Shown here one piece after another: positions 11,171 through 23,133 of a DNA stretch of 35,303 nt. Positions within the stretch are counted from its first letter, which is position 1, and each line of letters opens with the position of its first letter. The notes beneath the pieces are model-generated. The model had not been told where the DNA came from. It saw nothing but the letters and a program-made list of their open reading frames with translations, and made no database searches. The position numbers and the translations under genes were made by a program. This DNA is from Octopus bimaculoides (lineage: Eukaryota): NCBI RefSeq assembly GCF_001194135.2, contig NC_068990.1:32161959-32197261 (forward strand). Reading direction: 5' to 3'.

Positions 11171-12504
11171 GAGAGAGAATGATGATAGAAGCCGAGTTTA
11201 GGGTGAGATGGCGAAAGAAGCAAAAGTATGATGGGAGGAACAAATTTATTGGTGTGTGAAGGTGGTGGAGGAGGGAGAAACAGAAGGGATAATACTAGGG
11301 CGGTAACGTAAGGGAAACATTGTATCTAAGTAAATATTATCTGATGTGTTTTTTTCATCTTTAAGATGGTAGTGTGATTTTTTAGGGAGGTTTGGCTGCT
11401 ACTTCCAGCAGGCTGAGTGGCCATATAGCTTCTTTCATTTACTCATAGTATGTTATTGATTGTGGTAGTTAAATGTAAATAATGTTCTTCGTGATGTTGG
11501 CTGGGATTTTGTTTGGAGCCAGTTTTGTAGGTGAATGATATAGAGTTGAAATGGTTGTGCAGCTGTGTGTGGAAAATGCTGAGACGATATGTGTAACGTG
11601 TCAGAGCTTTTGTACTTTTTGATTTTATCAGTTTGCTTGTGTTTCTTAAAATGGAGGGTATTAAGTTATGGTCTGGAAGAAAAACACATGATGTTTCTAG
11701 TGTTTAAATAATTCCACTAAAACATTTTGTAGTCTGTAGTGGCAAAGTCCTCAGCATTTTTTTTTCTCTTTAAATATGTACTATTTCTTGATGAATGTGT
11801 ATACTATTCAATGTAGTGATATTACTATTAGTGTTGCTAAATGTTTTGCTATAATGACTATGAAGGGTTGTCAGTTCTCTTTTTGATTTATTGTCTATTT
11901 TGAAAACAGTGTCAGGTGATGCAATAGCAAAGAAAGCTTTCTCCAATTTCATTTGTCTCTTCTCAGCTTCCAAAGTTGTCAAAGACACTTGATGCAAATT
12001 AGATGAAAAGATAAATCTTTTGGTTGTGCTGGGCTGCTCTGTGGGTGGTGTTGGGTCACAGAGGGAGAGACTTAACATTGGCATCTTTCTATTTCCTTTC
12101 TTTCTCTTTCTTTTATACCATCTCTTTATGTCTGCTTACTTTCCTTTGTTTTACCTCTCTTGTTTCTGTTATTTTATTGTACTGTTTTTTTCTTTCCTGG
12201 CTTTCTATTTCCTCATTTTTTTTTCATTTTTCTTTGTTTCACTTTGTCTACGTCTATTTTCCTTTATATTTTCCTTCTCTATCTCTTTCATACTTTCCCT
12301 GATGAATTCCTGATAACCCAGCCAATCACCTTTAACATTTGTACCATTCTACCCTTCATTGCATTTAACTTGATCTATTTGTCAGTTTTAGTTTTTTCTT
12401 TTTTTTTTACCATTTAATCAAAAAGGGAAGAGCAGTGCTCATGATTCTTTGCAGGGCTTCTGCGAGTGATGGGAGGAAGAGAGAAATGCTTTTACTATAT
12501 ATTC

Positions 12505-12686
12505 GATGGTTTCTACTCGATGCCCTTCGTAGCACCAACGACTTTACAAAGTGTACTGGGTGCATTTTATCATGACACTAGAGAGGTGGTCATCTTCAAC
12601 AGGATTTAAATGACGCACACAAGTTTCTGGTTCCTTCATTGTTTGCTAACCACTTTACAGAGTATACTGGGTGCACCACCCATGAC
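12505..12686 (-). mobile_element. RTE-type 3' UTR motif fragments (two partial copies)
   Basis: GGTTTCTAC..GATGCCCTT, and ACTTTACA.AGT.TACTGGGTGCA twice. Confidence 0.55.
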
Positions 12687-12830
12687 TTGCCTTGTACACT
12701 GTTTATTGTTAAACCTGTTCTGGGTAACATGACCAATGGAGTGTGAATGAAGTGTGACTATTAAGTGGTGAAACAGTGATCGAGGTGACAACAATATGAA
12801 ATAGGAAAATGTTATGGCAGTGGGAGGGTT

Positions 12831-12865
<35 letters not shown>

Positions 12866-13684
12866 ATAGGAGAAAAACACTAATGCTTCATGTTTGTTGG
12901 TAAGAGTGTAAAGAATATTAAAATTGAGTGACCTAGACGTAAATGATAAATGTGTTATATGAAAATAATAGCAGAGATACCATCTACATCTGTTGGCTGG
13001 TTGGGCTTTAGGGAGGGACAGACTTAGCAAATTTGGTTGCAGAAATGAAAGGTTGAAATTAGTTATGCAGAAGAGTGGCTACACCAAATTTATTTGTGTT
13101 ATAAATGAAATAAAAAAGCATGTTGCAAACTTGTTGGTGTTAGGAATAGAGAATTAGCTAACAGTCATCTGAATTGAACAAGGAAGGAAAGGAAGATAAA
13201 TGGAGAGTTGGTGCAGGTGATTTTGGCAAGGAACTAGAATACATAGCTTTCAGTTGGGAAAGGAAGAATTGTTTTTGCTGTACTGTGAATGAAAGCATCT
13301 TTTGTTTTCTTAATTTCAAGAGAAGCTTAAAGAAGCCATGCTCTCCTTCTAATATTTAGCTCTCTTTTTATATATTTTTTTTTTACACAATTCATTTTTT
13401 CCTCAACATACTTCTCTTGTTATTGCTATAACTTGTCTTCCTTTCTCTGCCTCTCTCTCCCCACTACACATATTCATAGCTCTTATCTAGTCATCTTGTA
13501 TTTGTTATTTCCATTTTACTTTTACTCTCATTCAAGCCATTGCTGTCTTGTTTCTGTATAGCTCTTCTCTTTCTGTCTCCACCACTACAGTACATTAACA
13601 ACTCCTTTCACAATAACTATTGCAACAGTACCATCACCACCACAATTGTAATGTCACCACCACATCAACAATACAGTACCACTT

Positions 13685-13715
13685 CCACCACCACCACCAC
13701 CACCACCACCACCAC
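13685..13715. repeat. (CAC)n microsatellite in CAC/CTA-rich low-complexity sequence
   Basis: Visible repeat; source of the poly-His and poly-Thr ORFs. Confidence 0.95.
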
Positions 13716-14463
13716 TATGAGAATAATACCTCCACTATAACTAGAATACTGGCCCTATTACAACTATCTCCACTACTCTTACTGCTGAGAAAATTTAATA
13801 GTTTGTACTCAGCTGTGTTTATTGAAGACAGCTATTTAGAATGAGGGAGGATATTCATCTGGTTGTTATTTTTATTTGTTATTACTGCATGTGTTGTTGT
13901 TGTTGTTCTTGTTACTAAAAATACGCTTTGAGGTTTCAACTAACTTTTCAAATTCTTTTGCTTTAAACCATATGGAACATTTACATTCTATTCTTCCCTG
14001 GCAGTCTGGTTATCAGTGTTTTGAGTCAATTGTGGGAAGAAACATTTCATCACATACCCACCACTCCAGATTAGATTGAGAAAAGAATAGAAAACGAAGC
14101 TGTAGTGCAAGAAGTCCTCTTATTGACCCATTGAGTTTGTGACCTAGTTTCCATTATTTATAGTAATTCACTTTACTAAAAATGCCAACATCAAAAGTAG
14201 TAAACCAAAAGAAGTTGTTTTTTTTTTCCGTGTTTTCCCTTGTACCTATGAATGAAAATAATTATTAGGGCATGCATCGCTATGTGGCTAACAAGTTTGC
14301 TGTGTAACCATGTGGGAAAACCACATGGTTGCTTATTTTTTCCCCTAACTCATTCAATCTGTATCTTCATTGATTGGACATATGAAATAATCCCTGAACT
14401 ATGAAGTAGAATTGATAATGTTCTGTAAATTTAAGCTAGATTTTTAATTAAAACTAGCTATAA

Positions 14464-15076
14464 CCTTTTAGCATTTAAACTGGCCATATCTGGCCCAAAT
14501 ATTACATCTATTTTATGTTCAAAGTAGCCAGATCCAGCTTCACACACTTATCCTGTTGTTGTTGGCACTCCGTCGCTTGCGACATCGAGGGTTCCAATTG
14601 ATCCGATCAACGGAACAGCCTGCTCGTGAAATTAACATGCAAGTGGATGAGCACTCCACAGACACGTGTACCCTTAACGTAGTTCTCGGGGATATTCAGC
14701 GTGACACAGTGTGACAAGGCTGACTCTTTGAATTACAGGCACAACAGAAACAGGAAGTAAGAGTGAGAGAAAGTTGTGGTGGAAGAGTACAGCAGGGTTC
14801 ACCACCATCCCCTGCCGGAGCCTCATGGAGCTTTTAGGTGTTTTCGCTCAATAAACACTCACAACGCCTGGTCTGGGAATCGAAACTGCGATCCTATGAC
14901 CGCGAGTCCGCTGCCCTAACCACTGGACCATTGCGCCTCCACTTATCCTGTAATATATTCTAAAAATAAACAATCATATCATCAATATCTTGAAGCTATG
15001 AGATAATGCATAATTAATTCAAAACATTGTGAATAAGTAAGTATCATACTTAACAGTAATCTGAATGCTAAAGAGT
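14464..15076. mobile_element. piggyBac-type MITE interrupted by a SINE
   Basis: TIRs CCTTTTAGCATT (14464-14475) / AATGCTAAAAGAG (15064-15076); flanks ATAA and TTAA fit a TTAA target. Confidence 0.65.
14556..14939 (-). mobile_element. Full-length tRNA-headed SINE (tail X)
   Basis: Over 90% similar by eye to 8943-9331; 12-bp TSD CACTTATCCTGT (14544-14555, 14940-14951). Confidence 0.9.
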
Positions 15077-15586
15077 TAAACAAGTCTTCTATGCAGGTTG
15101 TTTAGCAAAATATTGTAGAATAATCTTTCTTGGTCTCAAGAGACTATCAGCCAATATATTTTAATTTAGTGAATGACAGGATAGAATGTCCATTCCTATT
15201 GAATACTAACCAATAAATGTGTCTATGTATGTGTATATGAGAGTACTTGTCTGTGGGTGTGGGTTTGACCCCTGCTTTATATTGCACTGTTGTTACCCAA
15301 TCTTATGATTTGGAAGTAAGGTTTATCTCAGATGGGCTTTCTCAGTAGAGTTGTGTTGGTGGTGACTTTCTTTTTATTTTGTAATAGCAAGACCTATCTA
15401 TCAATCTTTAAGACGAAGAAGTAAGGCACCTTTTTTCTATTAGTCTAGGTATTCACTTTAAGCATGTGACAATACACTTTTTGTTATTAAACCTCAAATA
15501 AAGGGGTAAAAAAATGTTTTAATATTTACATGTACAGTGTGTTTCAATTTGTTTCATCCCTGATCATCATTAAGTGATTTATTCAT

Positions 15587-15633
<47 letters not shown>

Positions 15634-15668
15634 NNNNNNNNNNTAACAGTTGTGAAGAATGGAAAAGT

Positions 15669-15704
15669 CTTTTACGTTTTGAGCCTATACTCTTCAACAG
15701 AAAG
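15669..15704 (-). ncRNA. Decayed minimal type I hammerhead ribozyme-like motif (Penelope-type)
   Basis: Minus strand reads CTTT-CTGTTGA-A-GAGT-ATAG-GCTC-AAAAC-GTA-AAAG: stem I CTTT/AAAG, core CUGNNGA, stem II, (G>A)AAAC, GUA triplet. Confidence 0.6.
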
Positions 15705-15707
15705 GGT

Positions 15708-15744
<37 letters not shown>

Positions 15745-15749
15745 ACTAC

Positions 15750-15866
15750 TGGCACTCCATTGGTTACAATGAGTATTCCAGTTGATCCGATCAACAGAAC
15801 AGTCTGCTCGTAAAATTAACGTGCATGTGTCTGAGCATTCCACAGATGCATGTACCCTTAATGTAG
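15750..15866 (-). mobile_element. 5'-truncated SINE tail X fragment
   Basis: GGCACTCC...CCAGTTGATCCGATCAACAGAACAG...TGTACCCTTAATGTAG matches the 3' end of 14556-14939. Confidence 0.85.
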
Positions 15867-16422
15867 ATGTGGTAAAAAAAGCGGGGAGAATGGTGTAATC
15901 AGTAAATAAATTGGAAGAAGGTTATTCCTGGTAAAAGGAAAAAAATGTTGAACACAAGACATATTAACCAACTTAAGAAAAGATTCATGGAAAAAGTTAC
16001 GAGAAATGAAATCCCCATGGAAGTATTGTACGATATGTTTGAGATATCAACACCCAAACAATTTGAACTACACATTTCTAGCACCAGAAAAAAGAAAAGA
16101 ATGGAAACATTGGAATTGAACCCTAAGCATAAGAGATATTAAGACACGGAGCAGAGTTCAATTCTAAAAAGGAGAGAAGATTGGGGAGACTGATTCTAAA
16201 AAGGGAAGATGTTGTGAAAGGATTCCGACCACTCACCAAGTGACTAAAAGGTGGACTGACTCATTATTATAAAATAAAGAACTGTGAGGGATTGGCAGTT
16301 TGGGTTGGTAAGCAGTTCACTGTAAACCATTGATAGAGAGCATTATGGCTTGTGTAATATTAGTAGTGCATCATGTATATACTTTCTTTCCCCTTGCTTT
16401 GTTATATTATATATCCAATACA
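15867..16422 (+). mobile_element. Gypsy-type LTR retrotransposon 3' end: integrase C-terminus, PPT and probable LTR
   Basis: With one stop and frameshifts reads ENGVISK*IGRRLFLVKG..EHK/RHINQLKKRF, like the Gypsy integrase C-terminal W..G.I....G...Y.V....RH.NQL motif; PPT AAAAAGGGAAGA (16198-16209) then TGT at 16210; LTR end at ..ACA 16422 is a guess. Confidence 0.6.
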
Positions 16423-16507
16423 AGGATACAAAATTTATAATTTTTTTTTCTTTCCTATGCTATTTGCAACTGTTTGTCCTCAATAAATAACTTTTCTTGT
16501 TTTGCAG

Positions 16508-16615
16508 CCATCCGTTCAAATAGTCAATTTTAAACTTTCCACATCCAAACACAAAGAAGTTGGAGATTGTTGTTTAGCAAAATGGAAAGATGATGCATCA
16601 CTCATTGCTGTCACG
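16508..16615 (+). CDS. RIC1: RIC1 coding exon (equivalent to human exon 2): PSVQIVNFKLSTSKHKEVGDCCLAKWKDDASLIAVT
   Basis: tttgcag|CCA...ACG|gtgag, 108 nt, phase 0/0; matches remembered human PSVLIVTYKE...AEWRPDSTMIAVS in length and motif. Confidence 0.93.
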
Positions 16616-17131
16616 GTGAGTTATATTTCACTTGTTGTTGTTCATGTTTCATCTGGTAGTGTTAGATGTAGCCATTGCATTTCTGTTTGGTTTACTGTTT
16701 TAAAATTTAGATTTTGTAATACTCATCCACAATGTTGATTCACTTGCTCTTTAAAATCAGATTTAGCTTCTAGATTAACTAGTGAAGAGTCTGGTATCAA
16801 AAAGTTCCTCTCTGATACCGAGAGATTTGGCCACTGTATTAACATATTGCATATTTGAAACAAATGTTTTCTCTGCTTGTTATGTCAAAGCACTTGATAC
16901 TAAAGATCCTTCTCTTTTTTAGCTTGTAATTTATCAATTGTCTTTACTACTGTAGTATTTTTTCTGTTTTCAAATACCAATATGCTATCACATAGTTAGA
17001 TATTACCATTGTGTACTTCATAATGTCATTTGTACTAGTGCTTTTCAGATTACCTATTTAATACTGAAGCTGATGGTTGATCAATGTTTATCAGTATTAT
17101 ACTTTCAACTAAATATATACATATGTATAAA

Positions 17132-17142
17132 ATATATATCTA

Positions 17143-17173
<31 letters not shown>

Positions 17174-17177
17174 TTAG

Positions 17178-17244
<67 letters not shown>
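17132..17244. repeat. (TCTA)n/(TA)n compound microsatellite
   Basis: Visible repeat. Confidence 0.95.
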
Positions 17245-17247
<3 letters not shown>

Positions 17248-17836
17248 AACTAGTGCTTAATGTAGGGTGTGGTTTCAATTATATGATTGAGTAACTTCAA
17301 TCAAAAGTTTGTTCTTTAAATGTTTGACAGTGATCCATTCAGCTCATTAAATATTATTTTACTCTGTCACATTATGGTTAAGTGTAGTTTTGCAGTCAAG
17401 GCTAGTCATGCCAAGGATTGGTTATAGGTCAGAGATCTTTGTGCTATTGGGAAAGATAGTAATGGCTCTTTCTGTTCCATTGTACCGGTAAATTTCCTTC
17501 TCAATTATTTTTCATCACATACCTCTAAACTACTTTCTAAAGCTGTTCTATTTTTACAATAATTACTATTTAATCCTATTATATTTGTTTTCTCAGTTTC
17601 CTTTCTTGTGATTATCATAACATCATATTTAAAAAGCAACCCTTAATACTATATATTCCTACATTTGTCTCTCATAAATCTCTTAATTTTACTTCCCAAT
17701 ATTCATATGTCATTTACTTCTAGGCACATAAATTTCCAAGGAAATAACAAGATTTAGCTACACATATTTTTAATCAACTCTCACATATTTTTGCATTGCT
17801 GTTTTGTATTATTTTTCCCTCTTCTGTTCTTTTCAG

Positions 17837-17925
17837 ACGAGCAAGAACTATGTACTCTTTTTCAAGGTTGATCTTGATAGATCCATTCCAAATCATCATT
17901 GTCTTTATGTCCAACATGAAAAAAA
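17837..17925 (+). CDS. RIC1: RIC1 coding exon (exon 3 equivalent): TSKNYVLFFKVDLDRSIPNHHCLYVQHEK
   Basis: ttttcag|ACG...AA|gtaagt, 89 nt, phase 0/2; like human TANGYILFFHI...YLYEP. Confidence 0.92.
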
Positions 17926-19999
17926 GTAAGTACATCATTCATATTTCTTAATAATGTTTTTTCTCTATTGCTGCTTACTCTCTAATTAAATTTTGAAACT
18001 TTATTAGCCAAATAGAAGTGTGTGTGTGTGTGTGGGGGGGGGGGGACAAAATGGAAAATAAAACTGGATAGTTTCTCAGACCATGGAAACATTAAATGAT
18101 TGACTATTTTGACACCTCACCAATAAGATAATATTCGAAATGTGTAGGTTCAGGATTGGCAAGCAACTCAAGAAACAATTTAATGTGTTGTGGGAGTCTA
18201 AGTCAAAAATCTGTTCCCAACTCCTTCCTTCATCTTTGTCCTGGAAATTATAGTGAAGTCTTTAAGGATTGAATAGTATGTCAATATTAGTATGTTCACT
18301 ATCTGGTCCTTATCAAAAAATTATTTTGTAGTTCAGTAATTCACAGAATCAATTAATGATTAGTTGTCAGCTCCATAGTTTCCACATGATCCCAGAGACA
18401 AGATCTCTTGACTGTTGACTCATGAATTTGTCTTACACCAAAACAAACAACCAGAAGAATTTGCTTCAAATCACTAGACAGAAGTACTGTTAGATCAAAA
18501 AATGGCTTGTTACAGCCTTACATCTTGCAAGTCTTTAAAGGGCATTATTTTATCATACCATATTTTCTGCAAGAAATCAGTTACCCTTCTCCCCTTTTGT
18601 TTCTCTTGTGCTTTTATTCCTGTTAAAATTAAGTTGGTTACTTTTTTAAAGTATTCCATGTTTAGAATTAGGGATACATTTTCTAAAAGTCTTAGTATTA
18701 AATGCCAGATAGTACAATATTTAAGTTCTGAACACTTGGTTCAAAATTGCTGCATAAGTATGGTTTCTGTAGTTTTCTAATAAATTTCAGTTGCAATTTG
18801 CTATGAATACAAAATAAGAGTAAGATGTTTTGGGTAACAAATATCACCATGTAGATATAAAAGTAGACTGCAAAAATTTTTAATTAAAACTTTTTTTTCA
18901 TGTTTTGATTTTCTAACCTCATTAACTGAATAATAAAAGACTATCAGAAAGCATTTTTTTGCAAATATATTATTTATGTTTAATGCTTTATTAATTGCAG
19001 TTATATTTACCCCCAAATCAATGCTTTTCTTACTAATTGAGTTATCATTATATCTAGATGTTATCACTAAATGCTATGTACTGCTTCTTTGATTTTTCTG
19101 AGTTTCCACCGTATGTGTCATATTTGTTTGTCTATAATGAATATTTCATATATGATTTCTTTTCTCATACCGTCTGTGCTCAACTATTCTTAATGTTAAT
19201 ATTTCCTCTTTCATTAATTTTTTAATGTTATTCTATGTAACTGAGAGGATTTCCTTCTGTAAGACCTTCTGAAAATGTATGGATATTATAGATACAGGTT
19301 TTCAGTTTTACTCTGAGCTTTAAAAATTATTTGAATATTTTTTTCAATTAGATCCTTGCATTAAGGCAATCACAATGAAATGTGCTTTAATTTCTAGTCT
19401 ATCCTTAAAACTAGTTACAGGTCTTATATGACAGGCTGGGTAATTGTTTCTCAGGAATATATTGTAGATTGTGGCAATTTTTCTTTAACACTAATTCCTT
19501 CTTGTAGACCTTCCACCTGTGTTTTTTAGTTCAGGCATTTAATCAATTATCTGTATGGACATGAATCTTAAAATCTATGGCGGCAACACAAGAAGGAATA
19601 TCAAAAATGACTCAATAATCAAATGATCTTCTTTTCCTCTGCAGGTATTATAATAGATATGTAATATCAGAATTGTGTTAGTTAAAATGCTCAAAAAATC
19701 AGAATAGAATTTATTTTTAAAAACAAAAATACTCTATTGAAAGGGGAAATGTCTTGGTTAACATTGGTTGAACACATACTGTGTGAGATAGGATACCATA
19801 TATGAAATATTCAATATAGGAATAAAAGCTGTTGCAGAAACTCAGAGCAATTAAAACAGTTCAAATAGAAATTAGTGATAACCCAATCAGTGACAATGAT
19901 TTCAAGTAAATGTGGGTGTGATTATTGAAATGTATTAAAATGTACTGATGATGCATCAATGTCTTTCATCATTTTCCTTTGTTTATTTGCTATATGTAG

Positions 20000-20107
20000 A
20001 CTTTGTGTACCAAAGCAAGATGTCAATGGAATTCTGGAGGCTGACAGTGTTCCTGCCATTGAACTTTCTCTACTCTCAACACTACAATGTTCCTCATACA
20101 TAACATG
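20000..20107 (+). CDS. RIC1: RIC1 coding exon (exon 4 equivalent): (K)LCVPKQDVNGILEADSVPAIELSLLSTLQCSSYIT
   Basis: atgtag|A...TG|gtaatt, 108 nt, phase 2/2, open frame; like human [21 protein letters not shown]. Confidence 0.85.
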
Positions 20108-20567
20108 GTAATTACCTTCTCTTTTATTCTCTCTCAAAGTCATTCTTGGCATTGAACTAATAATTATCTTACTAAGAAAATATTTTCCGATTAAATGAGG
20201 TTTTGCTGAGGAAGGTGTTTATTTAATTGAATCAACATCCATATATTACCAGGACTTGTATTATTGATTTATATTATATATTGAATATATTACATATTTA
20301 TATATTGAATAATTATATCATTGATCAGTAATGTAAGATAGATGAAAGGCAAAGTCTACTAGAGATGGATTTGATCTTAAAACATAGGTTGTAATTTAAT
20401 ATTGTAAAACATTTGGTCTGATGCTCTACTGTTTATGCCAACTTACGTCCTAATAAGGATGATAATGAAGATAATTGAGATACTAATTAAGGATATAGTT
20501 AAGACTTATTGTAAACTTTGGAAACATAGTCTACCTATTTATCTTTACTTCAAACTATTTATTGATA

Positions 20568-20800
20568 TTTATTTCTTTATTGCCCACAGGGGGCTAAACA
20601 TAGAGGGGACAAACAAGGACATACAAAAGGATTAAATCGAGTACATCGACTCCAGTGCATAACTGGTACTTATTTAATCAACCCTGAAAGGATGAAAGGC
20701 AAAGTCAGCCTCGGCAGAATTTGAACTCTGAATGTAACGGCAGACAAAATACCGCTAAGCATTTCACCCGGCGTGCTAACGATTCTGCTAGCTCGCCACC
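20568..20800 (-). mobile_element. MetaSINE-like SINE with alternative 3' tail
   Basis: Core CTGGTACTTATTTAATCAACCCTGAAAGGATGAAAGGCAAAGTC and head GCTAGCTCGCCACC; tail (minus) CCCCTCTATGTTTAGCCCCCTGTGGGCAATAAAGAAATA differs from other copies. Confidence 0.8.
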
Positions 20801-20869
20801 CTGATTTATTAGTAATAGTAATAATATTAACAATAGTAACAACAGCTGTAATGATAATAAAAAAAAAAA

Positions 20870-21081
20870 CTTTAAATTTCGGCACAAGGCCAGTAATTTC
20901 AGGAGAGTGGGTAAGTCGATTACATTGACCCCCAGCATTCAACTGGTACCTATTTTATCAACCTTGAAAGGATGAAAGGCAAAATTGATCTCAGTGGAAT
21001 TTGAACTCAGAATAAAACGATGGATGAAATGCCAATTAGCATTTTGCCCAGTGTGCTAGTGATTCTGCCAGCTCACCACTT
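20870..21081 (-). mobile_element. MetaSINE-like SINE with (ATT)n tail at 20803-20869
   Basis: Homologous end to end with 4413-4623 and 26830-27043. Confidence 0.8.
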
Positions 21082-21086
21082 ATGTT

Positions 21087-21121
<35 letters not shown>

Positions 21122-21127
21122 TTTTAT

Positions 21128-21435
21128 TTATGTGCCCTTTTAAAGCCTAGCCAAGCTCATGGGCCTGGTTTCCTGGTTTCTATGGCGTATGGGTTCCCCA
21201 CCAGCTCAACAGGACGCCAGTCCATCGCAGCTTTACTCAAGAAACAGGAAGAAAGAGTGAGAGAAAGTTGGGGTGAAAGAGTACAACAGGGGCCGCCACC
21301 ACCCCCTGCCGGAACTTCTTGGAGCTTTAGGTGTTTTCGCTCAATAAACACACACGACGCCTGGTCTGGGAATTGAAACTGTGATCCTCCGACTGCGAGT
21401 CCGCTTCCCTAACCACTGGGCCATTGTGCCTCCAC
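21128..21435 (-). mobile_element. tRNA-headed SINE with head and body of the 8943 family but a different tail (Y); (ATT)n tail at 21088-21121
   Basis: 21241-21435 aligns with 8943-9140; 21128-21240 is unrelated to tail X. Confidence 0.8.
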
Positions 21436-21632
21436 AATAATGATAATAGCAGTAAAAAATATAAATTTCTATCATAGGCATAAAGGTTGAAATATCTTAG
21501 ATAAGGTGAAATAAGAATTTTTGATATTCATGTATTTCCTAAAGTAAAGTTTCTTCTAGGAATTTGAATTAAGATTCATATTGTAGCTGTTCTTACATAG
21601 ACGTAATTATATTGATATTGTCATTAAAAGAC

Positions 21633-22020
21633 ATACTCTTTTACTCTTTTACTTGTTTCAGTCATTTGACTGTGGCCATTCTGGAGCACCGCCTTAGTCG
21701 AGCAAATCGACCCCAGGACTTATTCTTTGCAAACCTAGTACTTATTCTATTGGTCTCTTTTGCCGAACTGCTAAGTTACAGGGATGTAAACACACCAGCA
21801 TCAGTTGTCAAGCGATGTTCGGGGGACAAACACAGACACACAAACATATACACACATATATACATATATACGACAGGCTTCTTTCAGTTTTCCGTCTACC
21901 AAATCCACTCACAAGGCTTTGGTCGGCCCGAGGCTATAGTAGAAGACACTTGCTCAAGGTGCTACGCAGTGGGAATGAACCCAGAACTATGTGGTTGGTA
22001 AGCAAGCTACTTACCACGCC
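21633..22020 (-). mobile_element. Full-length tRNA-headed SINE with internal (TA/TG) spacer and TAAAAGA-type tail
   Basis: Head GGCGTGGTAAG...GGGTTCATTCCCACTG, CORE-like CTTGAGCAAGTGTCTTC; homologous to 26002-26314, 4189-4344 and 6190-6325. Confidence 0.85.
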
Positions 22021-22696
22021 TACATGTTTAATTTTTTCTACATTGATTTATCAATTCTATCTTATCAATAAAATCATCTCAGTAAAAATTTTTAAAATGT
22101 TGAAAACTGTCTGAATAGAAATTCCTGGACATGTAAACAATAAAAAGCAACGAATAAGGACATAATAATGTCTGTGGAATTAAATAGTTCTTGGAATATA
22201 TAAGCATGAATCTAAATGTAAAGTCAAAGGGAAATTTCCACTTATTTCCCACATCTGTGAACTGAAAAAAAATTGTTTCTATAAAGTTCCATGAAATAGC
22301 AAATAAAAACATGTTCAGCTAGAACTGTAGCCTTGATGATATAGGGAGGATGGTAAAGTATCAGTCCTTTAATAAGGATAATGTTTTCTCACATTAGTCC
22401 TCTGACTCAAATTTTAGGGGACAGTATTGTTGATTAAGTTGACAACAACACTCGGTTTCCTATTTTGTCAATTGTGAATGGATCAAAGACAAAAATCTAT
22501 CTTGGTGGCATTTAAAATTGGAATGTAGAGGGGTGTAACTAAATACTGCAAGGCTTTTGTCTGAAGCTCTACTAATTCTGACATTGAAACAAGGAAAGAA
22601 ATGTTGTACAGTGAAATATAGTCAACTTATAAAAGAATAAAGCTGATCTTCGTGGAATTTTAGCTCAGAATATAAGATTAGACTAGTGCTCTACTG

Positions 22697-23019
22697 TGAA
22701 GGTATGTGGCTTAGTGGTTAGGGTATTCAGTTCACGATTGTAAGGTCATGAGTTCAATTCCTGGTGATGCATTGTGTCCTTGAGCAAGACATTTTATTTC
22801 ACGTTACACCAATCCACTCTGCTAGTAAAAATGAGTTGTACCTGTATTTCAAAAGGGCCAGCCTTGTCACATTCTGTGTCATGCTAAATTTCTCTGAGAA
22901 TTATGTTAAGGGTACACATGTTTGTGGAGTGCTCAGCCAATTGCACATTAATGTCACAAGCTAGCTGTTCTGTTGATTGGATCAGCTGGAACCCTCGTCA
23001 TCATAACTGATGGAGTGCC
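22697..23019 (+). mobile_element. tRNA-headed CORE-like SINE carrying tail X
   Basis: Head and core as in 3251-3392; 22838-23019 homologous to tail X of 8943-9331; TSD AGTGCTCTACTG (22685-22696) / AGTGCTGTACTG (23020-23031); most CpGs decayed. Confidence 0.85.
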
Positions 23020-23133
23020 AGTGCTGTACTGATTTGCTTCGCTGCAACATAACAATATCATAAAAACAATGACGTGTTCATTCTGAATTTATTTTCTTTC
23101 AATTTTTCCATTTGTTTTCTTTTATTTTACCAG

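Noticed and set aside
12020-12417. Hydrophobic F/L/S-rich ORFs resembling membrane proteins
   Set aside because: Translation of pyrimidine-rich low-complexity DNA, open in all three frames.
13540-13844. Poly-His and poly-Thr ORFs
   Set aside because: (CAC)n microsatellite.
15388-15420. 33-nt micro-exon candidate (taatag|CAAGAC...GAAGAA|gtaagg)
   Set aside because: Has a TAA in the phase-0 frame RIC1 needs; no supporting homology.
19922-20152. Minus-strand 76-aa ORF, and the 116-aa plus ORF at 23112-23462
   Set aside because: Antisense and off-frame shadows of real RIC1 exons.
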